From assembly GCA_013239625.1 (NCBI GenBank), contig MU053376.1, forward strand, positions 1,574,833 to 1,638,832: a stretch of 64,000 nucleotides of DNA, written 5' to 3'. A model generated the notes under the pieces. It was not told the DNA's origin. It did no database searches and worked only from the letters and a program-made list of their open reading frames with translations. How positions within the stretch are numbered: the stretch's first letter is position 1; the number at the start of each line of letters is the position of its first letter. This document shows positions 44,701 through 58,105 of this stretch, piece after piece. This DNA comes from Lama guanicoe (lineage: Eukaryota). The translations under genes were made by a program, and so were the position numbers.

Positions 44701-46819
44701 GTGGGGCTTCGGTAGGTCTGGAGGTGACCCTGTCATTGTGGCCCAGGCTGACTTGGTCCTCAGTCCTGCCAGGTGAATGTGTGTGTGGGGGGGTTTCTTT
44801 GATGTGCACATGTGCCAGGCACGGGAGCAACCCCAGCTTGGCCAACCCACCCTGGCTTTCTTATCACTGGTCCCTACCTGGGCAATCACTGTGTTCTGGG
44901 AAGAAGAAAGGTCACTTTGAGGTTTCCCCTCTGCCCTAGCTGCTGGTTCCTCCTTGCCTCATCCAGGGTGGGAGCCGGAGGGAAAGGGCCTCCTCTGAGT
45001 GACAGAGTGGGTGGGGTGGGAACTGGGGACGGGGTAGGAGGGGTTGGGTCCCAGCTGGTGACCACGTCCCAGGCAGGAAGAAGTAAGGCTGTAGAGGCTT
45101 GTGAGTTTCCAAGGCATTTTATCAATACTCCTTTTATTTCGACTGTCCCCATGTTTCCGGGGCAGAATTTCCCACCTCTCTTCACCCCAGCCTCATTTCC
45201 TCATTAGTAACGGGAGGGGGAGCATGAGATACCCTTGCTGCCTTCCTGCTCTCTGGCTGCTCTAGGGGCTGGTATCCCCTGGAGAAGAGCCTCAAATCCC
45301 CACTCCTTATCTCTAGGTGGCCTTTCCCAGTCCTCTTTGCTTTCCCTGCTGGGGACGGCTGCAAAACGCCATCAAAAGAGGCTAGACTTTGAAAAGCCCT
45401 TTCTAGCAATGAGACCTGACCAAGGTCATGGGTCCCTGAAACGGACGCTAAAGGTTAGACTCCTAGAGGTCTGCAAGGAGACTAGGGTTAGTCTCATTTG
45501 GAAGCAGTTGGGTGTCCAAGGAGACCCGTGAAGGGCCCCCTGCTCTGGTTCAAGGAATCCAGAGCTTGCTCAGTGCCCAGCTGGTCCTTCATTCCCTCAG
45601 GGAGCTCACTGGGACCAGACTTGAGTTGTTTGATTCAGTCCAGCAGTACTTACTAAATACCTGCTATGCGCCAATTCCTGGGAAGTCTCTGGACAACAAG
45701 AGAGAAAGAACAGTCCACCTGTGCCCTCATACAAATGAGCATTCAGGACATCGGCCAGGCTCTGGGGGGCGCCCCAGGAGCCTGGTGGGGGAGGAGCCGT
45801 GGGCTGGTCTCAGTGCTGCCCAAGGAGGGTCTTGTGGGTTCTGAATGCCAGGGCCAAGGGAGGGATGTGGGAGGACCACGAGGCTCCGGGAGAGGGGTGT
45901 CTGTGTGAGTGAAGCCATCCAGGAGGATAGCCCTCCCTTCGTCTGCCCTGCTTAGTTAGGATGCTGTGCCCCTCCAAGGGACATGGCCTTAAATCCGGTC
46001 TTCCAACCTGCGCTCAGACCCAGTGGAGTCAAGTGTGAGTGGGGCAGTTTATGCTAGAATGATAGAAGATTTGCTTGGCCTAGGCTGGAGACCCTGTGAG
46101 CTGATTTTGAGGAATGTGGGCATTGCCTGAGGGTGATTTGGGACCCCTCAGAGCTGCAGGATGAGGGCGTAGGAGGCTGGGAGCCAGTGGAGCTGGCCCA
46201 GACGCGCCTGTGCTAGAGCATCCACTAGGAGTCAGGTCGCTGGGTCCTGCTCCTGCCTGCCTGCTGGACCTGGTCTCTTGCTCTCCCTCTCCTAACGCTC
46301 ACTTTCCCCTCCTTCCACCTCCTCCACCCTCTCAGGACTAATGGGGACGCATGGGATCCCGTGCAGCCCACACAGGTGCCCCCAGCTGGTGGAGAAGTGA
46401 ATGAGTGAGAGAGGACACCTGGAGGGCAGAAGAGGGGGAGACAGCCACACAGACGGGTGAGCCAAGCATTAAGAGATTTTTGCTTCCAAGACTTGAAAAG
46501 AAAGGGAGAGGTGCAGCCAGCAGCTTCAAAGGCTGGCGCTTCAAGGAAGGTCCAATATTTTTTCGTTCTTTCCTCTGCAAGGGAAAGAAGCCATTGCAAG
46601 GGAGCTAGCTGTTCCTCCTCACCCCATCCCGGGGTCTGGCAGACCTTCAGCCCCCTGCCCTGCGGCTGAGGTCCTTACAGGGAAGTGAGGACCCCATGGG
46701 CTTCTCAGAGGTGAAGGGCTGGGGGCAGTTCACAGACTCAGGGGCCAGAGCCTCCTTGCCACTTGTGCTCAGGATGGCAAACAGCCATCCCCTTGATCGG
46801 CTGGTTTCTGTCATCCCAC

Positions 46820-47005
46820 CTCTCGCTGCCCCAGTGCCTGCCCTCTTCCAGGGATGACCCCAGCCCAGGGTGGGGGGAGCCGAAAGGTGTTCCAGAGGTG
46901 TGCGAAAGGGCTCTGCTCAAATAATCCAGGGAGGCGTTTATAAATAACTTTACCTCAGGGCCACGGGGTGAGCCCTGGCCTCCGATTGGCTCGGAGGGGA
47001 AGTGG
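46820..47005 (-). promoter_or_regulatory. SLC26A9: SLC26A9 promoter and probable non-coding exon 1 (start site near 46916)
   Basis: TATTTATAAA at 46937-46946 and CCAAT at 46985-46989 (both minus), and an ETS GGAAGT near 46998-47003. The downstream GCAGAGCCCTTTCGCACACCTCTGGAACACCTTTCGGCT resembles the recalled 5' end of human SLC26A9 mRNA. The exon's 3' boundary is uncertain. Confidence 0.7.
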
Positions 47006-48794
47006 TTTCGAACACTACACCATAGCTAAGCCCGAGGAGATAGGAAAAGGAGATAAGGAAGAAAGGTCCCAAATGAACAGCCCTTTTTTTGTTTTACCTG
47101 AGGAGCAGGGCTGTTTGATGGGAGCCTGCCACTTCCTAAATCCACCCCGAAGACAATAGGTCACATTCAGCGGGGCCCCGGCCCCACAGGCTCCCCCAGG
47201 GCGGCCAGCCGAGGCGAGGAGGGGACAAGGCAGACCCCTCTCCAGGCCTGCTGTCCTGCTGCTCTGGGGCTGGGGTCAAGCCAAGCAGCCTCTTGGACAA
47301 TGGGACCCATTGAGGCCCCCCGAGGGGTGGGGTCCTGGGGCTGCTTGCTTTGAAGGTTGGAGAGCTAGGGTGTTGAGGGGGACAGGAGGACTCTGAACAC
47401 CCCTGAGGAAGGGGGCAAGCCATGTCTAGGAAGCCCTGAGGGCCCTTGGGAGGTTTGGGGCTGTAACGGAGACCTTTGGTCATCTGTAAGCTCTGTGCCT
47501 TGATCTGTGCAGTGGGGAAGTGTTCCTCGCCCTCCTGACTTCTCAGGCAGGGCCAGGGGCCAGATAGGGGTTTGCAGTATGGTAAAGGAGCTCAAGAAAC
47601 TGGACTTACAACAATTTATGTGTAAGGTGACCTGAAGGCTAGCAAACCTCTAACTCGTAAGCCTCTGTCATTTCCAGGAATGAATGTCCACCGGGGTCGT
47701 GGCTCAGCTCAGGCTGAGAGGGGGAGTCCCCAGCGGGTGCCAGGGGTCTCTTCCTTCACGACATCTGGGGCGGCATTGCCTTGATCCTAGATTGTCCTTC
47801 CATCTCTCCAGAAGACTGCAGAGGCACTGAGGTGGGACAGGAGTGATTCAGTAAGGCACCCTGGAGGTTAAGGAGAAAATCCTGCTGGGAAGGTGAAATG
47901 ATCTAGCTTCAGCACATAATAGGGACTCAATAAATATTTGTTGTTTGAAGGAAAGAATGAATTGTTTGCAAGCCCAGCCCAAGGGAGAGTTTATAGATGC
48001 ATTGCTTGTGGGGACTAGGGAAACACCCGAGGTCACTCAGAGTTGCTGGGGTGTAGCCAGGGGCCTGAACACGACTTAAGAAAGCTGGAAGGCAAGCCAC
48101 CCAAGCGTGCTCTGTCACCTGTCGAAGGCAGGAGATGTGCGTGGACAATTCCTCCAGCAGCCCTCCCCCAGGCCCCTGCACTGGCTTAGCTGCCATGTTC
48201 CCATGGCTTCCTCTGCTTCACCATGGTAGCAATACACTGATCACAATGGATGGTAACCATGCGTTCAATTGTCAGTCTTTCTCCAAAGACTGTGAGCTCC
48301 ATGGGGAGGGCAGGGCAGTGCCTGTTTTGTTCGCTTCTGTATCCCTACCACCTCGCCCAATGCCTGGCACTTAGTAAAAGCTCAATATAGATCTGAGGGA
48401 TGCGTGAATGACCGTGGGTTGGACTCTTCAAACAAAGTAGAGCCAGAGGGCCAGAATTTGTCCATCCATCTCCAGCACTGTCCTGTGCATGGGTAGCCAG
48501 ACCTGTTCTAAACTTTGGGCAGATGAGTTATCAGACTCTCTATAGCCAGGTGACAGTGGCCAAAATGACTAAGCCCGTTGCTGGGCTATCGTGTCAGCCA
48601 GGGAAATTTTGGTTGTAATTTGGTTCCCTCAGTGCAGAGAATGCACTGCCCGATTGACTGGAGTATCTGGGGCTGCCTGCAGGTTACATTTCTCTCTTTT
48701 AAATGACCCATGGACATCCTGAGCTATTGACTGGTCTAGTGTGAGTTTTGATAATGTGAGTCAGTCTCCCCTGACCCCGCTGACTTCGGGTAGT

Positions 48795-48990
48795 GATGCT
48801 GGGCTTTCACATGGGTTATCTGGTTTAATTCTCATAACAACCACATGATGCAGGCGTGTTGCTCTCACTTTACAAGTGAGGAAACTGAAGCTGACTGGAG
48901 TGAAATAACTTGCCTAAGGTCTCAGAGACCTGGATGGATGAGGCAGGAACCTAGTTTGGATATTATGGCTTCAAATACCATGCCTCATCT
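48795..48990 (-). mobile_element. MIR
   Basis: cactttacaagtgaggaaactgaagct...aacttgcctaaggtc. Confidence 0.6.
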
Positions 48991-51900
48991 ATTATCACTT
49001 TAATCTTTGTACCTGCAAAGCTAAGGATGACGCCTTACGGAAGACCCACTTTCAGCCTCCCCATGGGGTACACCTCCCAGGGCAACATGGGTAAAGGTGG
49101 CTGAGGCCTCCAGAGTACGTTCCGGGGCTGGGAACTCCTCCCTGACCCTTCTCCTACTGTCTCAGCAAAACTCTGGGCCGGCAGATTTTGTATAATAGAG
49201 ACAGAAAGCATAAATGAGCCCAGAAGGTTCTCCGAAGTCACCAAGGGAGCTGGACAGGCACCTCTGAATCTGGGGACGGGTCACAGAAGGGACACCCAGG
49301 AAGGAGAAAGTCAGACCAGAAGCTGGAGAAACAGAGGACAGGAGGGAGAGAGGACTGATGGCTCCAAAGGGCATCTTGGGGGTATTTTGGGTAGAATTAA
49401 ATTGTGGGACAGAGTTAGGGCTGGTGGAGGGAAAACAAAGTCATGGAGAGGTATGTAACACATGGCAGGAAGGGAAACACAGAGAAGAGGCAGGTTCAGA
49501 AGCAAAGAGCCAGGGGCAAAGAGTGCATCAGATCCTAGCAGGTCAGAGTCTTGATTCTTGTTAAATCATTGTCTGTTGTTCACAGTGAAAGCAGATAAGC
49601 ATCGACCCCAAACCTCTTTCAGGAGGCTTCAGATTCTCTTTTGGTAGCGACTTATTCCACCCCCACTCCTAGGGTTAAAAGCTATATTCATTCGTTCATT
49701 TATTTACTTAAAACCCTTATCCAGGGCCAGGATGCTGCCCTGGGGATACTGATGTAAATAAGGCCCAACCTCTGCAAGGAAAGACAGGGAGGTGAGGAGA
49801 CCAGGAGGGGACCCGGCGGACCTTTCTTGGCCAGAGCCAGGAGACCTGAGTTCTGAACTCCAGGTGGCCACTCCCTGGAGGATGCGGGATGGGGCTGTCC
49901 CCGGAAGGGCTACTTTTATAGGGGGTTATCAGCTTGTCCGCAAGCCCTCTGACTCCTGACTCCATCCCAGTTTCTCTCTTTAAAGCCCATCCCTGTGTCC
50001 CCGTCGGATCAGAGTTCAGTCATCCTCTCCCAACCCTATTTTTCAACACATCTTCCAGCACGTGCTCACACACACACACTCACTCAAACCAAACAGGTTG
50101 CAGGGATTTACTGCGTCAGGCAGATAGAGTCAAAGTACTCACAAAGTACCCTCCTGACACACATCACCTTTGCGATGGTCCAGCTAAGGAAGAGCTAGTT
50201 TTCAATGTGAGCAAACTGAGGCTAGACCTCCCCAAGAAGGAGATGAATTCTGCCACCTCTGTTCATCCCTGGGCTTCTGGCCTTATCTGCACCTACTGGC
50301 TCCTTGCACCTGGGCCTCGCGTGAGGCCTGTGCCAAGGGTGTGGGCAGTATCATGTTTTGAGCAGAGCAGCCCAGTGACTTAAGCAAACAGCTCAAGGCT
50401 GGAGACAGAAAAGTCTTCAGCACCTTGCCCTGCAGTGGCGGGATCTGACCTAGCCCGGTGGCTGCCAGTTCCCTGAGTGCATGGGAACTGGCTGGGCTGC
50501 AGAGATACCCAAGGAGAAGCCAGTTCTCACTTCTCTCTCCAGGGAAGCCAGGGGGTCAGTGCCCCAGCAGTGAGCATCTTAGGCCGATCAGGAGACAAGG
50601 GAGGCAGGGTGAGCGGAAGTGATGCCAACCTGTGTTTGGTCTTTCAACTCAGGGAACCTGAGCTCTTGCTGTGTGTCCAGCTCTGTGCTAGGTGCTGGCG
50701 ACCCAAGACCCATGAGAGCCAGTCCCTGGGAGGCCTTGACTCTGAAAAGTAGAGGGAGGCTCCCCAGGATACACACAGTCACAGGGTTGGGGGACAGTAT
50801 GTTGGAAGGAACCTAAGGGTGGACGCTGAAGGGTGGTGGGTAAGGACAGGACCCATCTGGAGTCAGATCAGAGTTGGCCAAGACCCCCAAGCATCTGAGG
50901 CCAGAGGAAGGGGAGGGAGTGTAGCTGAACCAGAGAACGGGGAGAAGAGGAATGGGCTAGGGATCTGAGGCACCTCCCTTATTTTACAGATGAGAGACCC
51001 GTGGCCCCAGTAATGGGAGGTAACTGCCCAAGGTCACCCAGAGAGGCAGTGTCAGAGCTGAGCCCCGAGCTCGGCTCAGGACCCCAGCCTACCCCTCCAG
51101 TCTGGTCCTCAAGTACAAACCAAGCTCTCTCTCCACAAAGCGGGTGGGAGGCTACTTGTCGACCCCCTTCCTCTCCCCCTTCTCAGTATCCCTCAGTTAC
51201 TATCCAGAGATGCAGTGAACACATTTTGGCTGCAGAGGGCCTGCCCTGCTCGCTTAGCACCAGCCACCTTTGTTAAGGGAGAGGTTTGGGGGAAACAAGT
51301 CTGCAGTGCCAGGGCCTAGGATCCCGGGGATGTGGCCCCCAGGGGGCTGGTCTTTCAGCTCCCAGAGAGAAGAAATGCTTCTGCTCGGAACCAGACCCTG
51401 GTGGAGTGGCTGAGGGTGCCCAGGGCAGTTCACGCTGACCTGGGAGTGCTGAGAATGAGGCTGGAGGTGGGGAGGGGGTGAGTTCTGGGCTGTTAATGTG
51501 GACTGCAATCCTGGCTTTGGGGCCTTAAGCCAAGCACATATTAACCTGGTGGAGGGGCTGCCATGAGGAGTGGGCTATAGAGGACCTAGACCCCAATTCT
51601 GGGAGAACTGAGAGAGCGGGAGAAACATGGAACTGATCTGCTTGGTTCCAGGGCTTTACCCAACCTCCAGGGTCCAGCTTGGGCAGCGAGAGGGTTCAGC
51701 CAGAAGATGCTGTTCCGTTGACCGTGGAGAGTCACTGGAAGATGATCCCTCCCCGTTTCCCCTTTCCTATCCTGCATGCTCCAGGAAAGAGTCAAACTGG
51801 AAGGCACCCCTCCCTAACCACCCAGCCCAGTCCTCCCAACGCTTTCTGCCCGTCACCCGCGACCACACATGCCCCTCTTCTCTGAGTGCTGACAGCTGTG

Positions 51901-53789
51901 CTCTCTGAACCCCAACCAGCCAAAGAGCAGGTGTTCTAGGTCTTCCAGCTGTCGTCTCCCCAACAGCTCTTTGAAGGCAGCGACGGCGTCACATGCACTT
52001 GAGAGGCATCAGGATAGAGTGAGAAGAGCAGACTTCAGGCTGAAGTCCTAACTCTGAGTTTGCTGGTCATGCGACCTCCGGGACTCAGTTTGTATATCTG
52101 TAAAAGGGCACATGAGGCAACAAGAAGTGCTTTTGTAAGGCAGGTTCCTTTCCTTCGGGCACAACTGCGCCCCTGCCGGCCCTTTGCTCATCTCTGTCAT
52201 CTCTTGGATACCTGCTGCCTTCAGCTGCTTGGCCACACCCCAGCCAGGGACACCCTTTCTCCCGCTGCACCACAAATGACCCTGGCTCCGGGAACCCGGA
52301 ATGTTGAGCTCCCACGCACAGGGCTTTCTCTCACGGCCTCCCAGGGATGCAGCCAAGTGGCAGAATGGGTTGGAGAAGGCTCTTCTCCCAAGCTCCTGTA
52401 GCAGAGCAAAACCATCTGGGCATTACCTTTGCCTGGGCCTGGGAGCCCCCGCCCCCCTGCCCCTTCTGCCTCTGGGAGGTGCCACATGGGGAGGGTGTGA
52501 GTCTGAGGGGGAGGGTGTGTGTGCGTGTCCGAGCTGTGGGTGCTGGGGGAGAGGAGAGATGCTTTTCTAAAAGGGAGTGGGCCTCAGGGCACGTATACAC
52601 CCTCCCTCTTGCTCCCTCCTCACCCCACATGCTCCCTGATGATCATCTGTCTGTGGTTGTTGCCTCACTGTCTGGTGGGTTGGGGTGTGTCCCCTCATCC
52701 TCTGCGTCCTGGAGGCCTCCTGCCTGAGGAATAAACGAGACTCTTTAGGGCCAAATCCACACTAGGTGTGGGCAGCCCTTGCAAGAATAGAGTCTTGCAG
52801 CTGGGACCCCCGTCAGTTCATGCTGGAGAGAAGGGACGGTGGAGGGGAAGGTGACTCCCCTGAGTTTTTCCCCAGGGGCTGCGTTTAGGGGACACGTCTA
52901 GAAAGATATCAGTGTACCTCCCCAAAGAAAGCCTCATTTGTTGTGGCTTTTTTTTCAACTTTCCAAAGTCAGAGCACCTAGCACCTTGATTCCTACCTCT
53001 TCTTTCCCCGAACTGCTCACAAAAGGCTAAGGCAGAGGTGGGACCATTGTCAGGGGTAGGTTTTCAGCCCTAGGGAAGGGGCTTGTCCACTCTGGGTAGG
53101 AGACTGGGACCAAGACAGGGCTTCAGCCTGGGACACACCCAGGGTTCCTCTGTCCAGTCAGTTCTGAGCAGCTTGAACCCCAGTCTCCCTCTGGGAGTCA
53201 GGGGGATGGGAGACGTGCATGGTTTCAGTGTGAGGGTACAGGAGAGGACCAGGGGCCACTTCTCTGGGTCTCCTAGCAAAGTAGGCAGAGGTGGAGATGC
53301 TGGAACCTGGCTGAGTGGCTCTGGGGTCCGAGGCTTAAGAATCACATGTCCTAACTCCTCCGAGTGCAGGAAACAGGCCACAGCAGAAGCGGGTTCTGAG
53401 GAGTCCTGGAGACAGCTCGGTTGGCTGGGGCGAGTTCCTGTCAGCCCTCCAGGGCTGCGCTGCGGCCTGGGCTGCTCACAGAGCCGCATTGTTCCCTGGC
53501 AGCCTCTTGAGCACTTAGCTTGTCTCGTCCTGCTGGTACACTTGTTGGCTGTGATTCCCACTGAAGCACTGAAGGCATCTTCAGGGGCAGGCAGGGCGCC
53601 AGGCTTGCGGGCAGGACCCGAACTGCTCCACTGAGCAGGGAGCTCGGAGCAGTCGGGGCTCATCAGCCTTCGAGGTGACCGTTGGGGCTGTTTGCCAAGG
53701 GTAGCAGCAAGTTCGTCTGGGACATTCTGATGCCACTGCTGGCCCTGGCGATGAGGCTGACAGCAGACTCTGCAACCAGAGTGTCCTGG

Positions 53790-53965
53790 GATTGGCTCTG
53801 GCTCCCTAGGAACAAGCTGTGTGATTATAGGCAAGTTACTGCACCTCTCTGAGCTCTCAGTTTCCTCATCTTCAAAATGTGAGTAATGACAGCACCCACC
53901 TCAGAGTGATATTGGGGAGATTAAACAAGGTGATGCATGAAAAGCATTTAGTGCAGAGTCTGGCA
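53790..53965 (+). mobile_element. MIR
   Basis: gctgtgtgattataggcaagttactgcacctctctgagctctcagtttcctcatc. Confidence 0.7.
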
Positions 53966-56734
53966 ATTTCCACAGCACCTATCCCACCTGCCCTGTCCTT
54001 TCTCTTATACCCTGTCCCCGTCTAGCTTGAAATGTTCTCCCCTCTCTTTCAGTTCTCCAAGTCCTTCAACTCAAGTCCCACACCTCCTCCATGAAGTCCA
54101 CCCTGTTTGCTCTGATTGCACGCACTCTCAGGTGATAACCGCAGGTGGACACTTAACCACGAGCTTTTAGGGATGTGGCTCTGATGGGTTACAAGAAGCT
54201 ACCTTCCAGTAGCATCGGATTTGGGTATTTCGCTTCTATCGTGTCCCTCACGGACCAAATGTACTAAGCATACGAACAAGAGTGCTTGTTGTTGACTGAC
54301 CTACCTATTGACCGAATTCCCATCCTGGGTCCTGCCCCCGGCAATTATAGAAGAGCCATCATTTATTGCGGTTCTAGCCATGCTCCATGAAGGGCCAAGG
54401 GTTCCAAAGAGGTGCTTCATTTGCAGCCACACCCCAGCAGCTGGTGAGCTCATATTATCGTGACTTACCCACATTTTGCCTGTCGCGCCCCCTCCCTCTG
54501 ACTCAGGGCCTGAATCCCCTCCCCGGCCGCAGTTCCCTGTGGTTAGGCTTGCAAGGTTCCCGGGGTCTCTGGGAAGGGGTTTCTGCTCCAAAATCATTCT
54601 CACTGTCCATTGCCCACCTGCTACGGAGAGAGGGCCCCTCCTGGGAGCTCTGCTCTGCTGCCTCCTGGAAACACAGCCCTTAAGGGTCCAAAGCCTCATT
54701 GCCCACTGTGACCAGAAACCACTCCAGGTGGCAGCTTGTCGCCAGTCTGTGCCACATTGTGTTGGCTCAACCCTAGTGATGCCGTGGTGCCAACTGCTCC
54801 CTGTCTACCAGAGACCGTGTTATGGAGGGCACATGGCGGCAAGCTGGACTCCATGTCCCAGGCTCCTTTATGATGTACCTGAACCCTCATCGAAGCATCA
54901 CAGAACAAGGTGAGCCACTTCCAGGTCATAGCCGTAAGGGCCTGGGCGTGCTTCCTCCACGCTCTTGCCTCTTCCTGCCACACTGGTGACCCAGCACCGA
55001 CCATGCAGGGTGACGATGGCCTGGCAAAAGGGAAAGCCACAGATGAAAGGGATCTGAGCTTGTGAACGACCTCATGAAGCCAAAGGCTCCAGTAGCCTGC
55101 CCACCTTGGGAGCTGTAGGAGAGAAAAATTCCTATATTCTGCAATCCAGTGTGTTGGGGTTCTTTCGACTGCACTGCAGTTCAGTCTTTAAGAAGCACAG
55201 GGGCCCTGAGTGTGATGAGAACACAGCCCCTTCAACTTCTGCTCACAGGCCTGTACCCCATCCCTCTAAGGTCTGGACTGATCCCCAGGGCTTGACTCGG
55301 GAAAGAGGACATAGAAGTCCATTTCCTGGATTCTCTTTCTCTGCCCCAGCGACTTGACCACAGGAACTCTTCCTCCCCAGTAAATAAATGTCTGGAGGGC
55401 CTCTGATTCACCAGTTCGTCAGACACACCCAGTCTCTGGATCCCAGTTTGGGCCAGTGGGACTCCCAGCCCGGTGCTTTGTAATGGATGCCCCCAGGTAA
55501 GGCGAGCCTCCCTGCGCGAAGGCTCAGCTCTCCTGCCTGGCTCACCTCTGTCTCCTGCTTAGAATGAAAAGACAGGGGAAGGGTCGGGGGGTCTTCAGGG
55601 TTGAAAAAGAGCCTTGTAGGTTGGTGGCGTCTAGACTCTTAGAGTCTCCCTGGGAATAACAAGCAGGTAAGAGACGGAGTTTTGCTACTAACTGAGGTTA
55701 AGGGGGAAAAAATGGTGCTTTAAGAACTCCTACATTTGTAGAACACTTAGAGTTTCTAGAGTGCTTTCTCATGCACTATCTCATCTAATTTTTGGCCCCA
55801 GCCCTGTGACGTGGACAGGGACTATTTATTCCTGTTTTACATATGTGTTTTTCCCAGTTACCCACACCTAGGAAATGCCCAAGCTTGCATCAGATCTCGG
55901 GGTTCCTGACTTTCTAGCCTTGTGCTTTTATTTTTATATCCTGCCAGGCTGAAATATGATGTATTTTGACTTATACTTGGAACCTGTTGGACACTGAGGA
56001 TCGAAGAGGGCATTGTGGAGACTTCGGGTGAGCTGCTTAACCAATCAGCCCTCCGTTTCTTCTTCTGAAAGGGGAAAAGACATCCTCGCCATCCCCAGAC
56101 AATGTGGAGGATTTGTTGTTTTTCCCACACACCCTGTCTCTAACCAGTTCCTGCCCTTATTCCAAAACCGCAAGGCAAATGGGTCTGTGGACCTAAAGTG
56201 ATCTGGGGAAGTTGGGGTCTGGGGAGGAAGAGGTGTCCTGGGGCTGCTGCCCCGAGATGGGCATGCCTGGGTGAACCATACTGAGGAGGTGTCACCTGAG
56301 AAAGTCCTCAGCCCAGGAAGACTGGGGGATGGAGACTCGCTCTTTCACCTCGAGTGGCTCAGCCACACCAGGTGCTTGGGTGGAGTGCAGGATAAAGGCC
56401 AGCTGGGAAGAAAGATTGGTTTGACCCCAGTGTTCCTGATTTTGCTGCCCCACCAATTACACAAACACAGCCCTGCGCACCTGACATGAGCACATTCACA
56501 TGTCTAGAGCAGAACAGACCCCAGGTCCCAGGCCTCATTGGCTTCTATAGTAAAGCAGCATGCAGGATTTAAGTTAGACACAAAGGAGAACTTCCTGGGG
56601 TGCGGGTATTAGATCAGAGACTAGACAGCATGGAGTCTTCTGAAGGAAGTTTGATAGTCTGTATAAATGTGAAAGAAATGCTTATCCCTCTGGTTTTTTG
56701 GGGGTGAGGGAGACACTCAAGCTGGACTTGCTGG

Positions 56735-56865
56735 TGGGGGAGGGTGGTAATAGCTCAGCAGTAGGGCCCACTCATAACATGCACAAGGCCCTGAGCTCAA
56801 TCCTCAGTACCTCCAGTAAAAAAAACCCCAAAAAACCAAACAAAAAGCAAACAAACAAACAAAAA
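56735..56865 (+). mobile_element. Diverged Vic-1-like SINE, short form
   Basis: atagctcagcagtag...tcaatcctcagtacctcca plus an A-rich tail; imperfect TSD ctggacttgc / ctagacttgc. Confidence 0.8.
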
Positions 56866-57354
56866 CTAGACTTGCCCAGAGATAATCAGATGAATAAGGT
56901 GTGTAGTCCCTACTGATGAACACCTTCAAGCTAGGCAGATGGAGAAGCAATAAAAGAACAAAGTAAGGGGAGCGTGGGAACTACGCCCCTTACTTATTTC
57001 CTTGCCTGGGAATGGGAGAGAAAGAGGGAATTCTGGGCTTGGGATACTGCAGCCAGGGCGCTACTTGCCTGCTGGTCAGAAAGTTACCAAGGAAGAAGGA
57101 CTCTTTGGTCCTTAAACAGGGAAATGGTGAGGAGTCTGTGAGATGACATTTCTCTGAGTCCATCGTGCCAGTAACATCTGGAGTGGTCATCAGCTTGGCT
57201 TGAGCCAGAACTCAGGGGACAGAGCAAAAGGGAAGTGGGGTGAGGAGGGATAAAGAAGGGTCCTGGTCCCCCTGTTCACTCACCAGAGTCAAATGAATCA
57301 AGACCTGTGAGAGGGGCTCAGAGGGTCCCAAGGGGGCAGCACGACTCCCTGATG

Positions 57355-58105
57355 CTTTAATTCTTTTTATTTTCACATTTTCTTATGAAAATTTTTAAAC
57401 ATACAGAAAAGTTGAAAGACTTCTCCAGAGAACATCATATACCCACCACCTAGATTCTACTACCATTAACATTTTGGGGGGAGGGTATAGCTCAGTGGCA
57501 GGGTACATGCCTAGCATGTGTGAGGTCCTGGGCTAGATCCCCAGCACCTCCAGTAAAAACAAATGAATAAACGAATAAACCTAATTACCTCCCCACCGAC
57601 ACAAATAAATAAAGAGCTAAAAAAAAGAAAAACATTTTGCTGTATATTCTTTATCACATGTCTATCCAGCTCTATTCATCCATCATCCCTCTTATTTTTG
57701 GATGCATTTTAAAGTTAGGTGCAGACATCGAGCAGCCATTTGGGCCAAGCTGTCAGCATCATATCATGAACAAGGGCTCAGCATTTGTTGCAGTTACTTT
57801 GGGTTTTTTGGTGGTAAGTTTGACATACGATGAAATGCACAGATCTCAAGTGCGCCAAGGATGAGTTCAGACAAATGTGTACACCTGTGCAGCTCAAATC
57901 CCTGTCAAGCTACAGAGCATGGCGATGACTCCAGAATGTCCCCTCCTGCTCCATCCCAATAAATCCCCACTCCACCCCCGCCCAGCAACTCTTCTGATTT
58001 CTTTCTACCACGCGTAGTTTGGCCTTTCTGTGGCTTCATTCACATAAATGAAATCATACAGAAGGTACTTCTGGGAAGGCTTCTTTCCCTTAGCATAACA
58101 GTCCT
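57355..58105 (-). mobile_element. Old L1M 3' fragments
   Basis: aaacatacagaaaagttgaaag...tacccaccacctag; atgaaatgcacagatct...atgagttcagacaaatgtgtacac. Confidence 0.65.
57476..57630 (+). mobile_element. Vic-1-like SINE inserted in an L1 relic
   Basis: Full head and 3' block; TSD aacattttg on both sides. Confidence 0.9.

Noticed and set aside
53070..53834. Longest intergenic ORF (254 aa) and the overlapping 183-aa plus-strand ORF
   Set aside because: The Pro/Ser/Arg/Gly-rich composition is typical of chance ORFs in GC-rich DNA. It starts in a MIR and has no recognisable domain.
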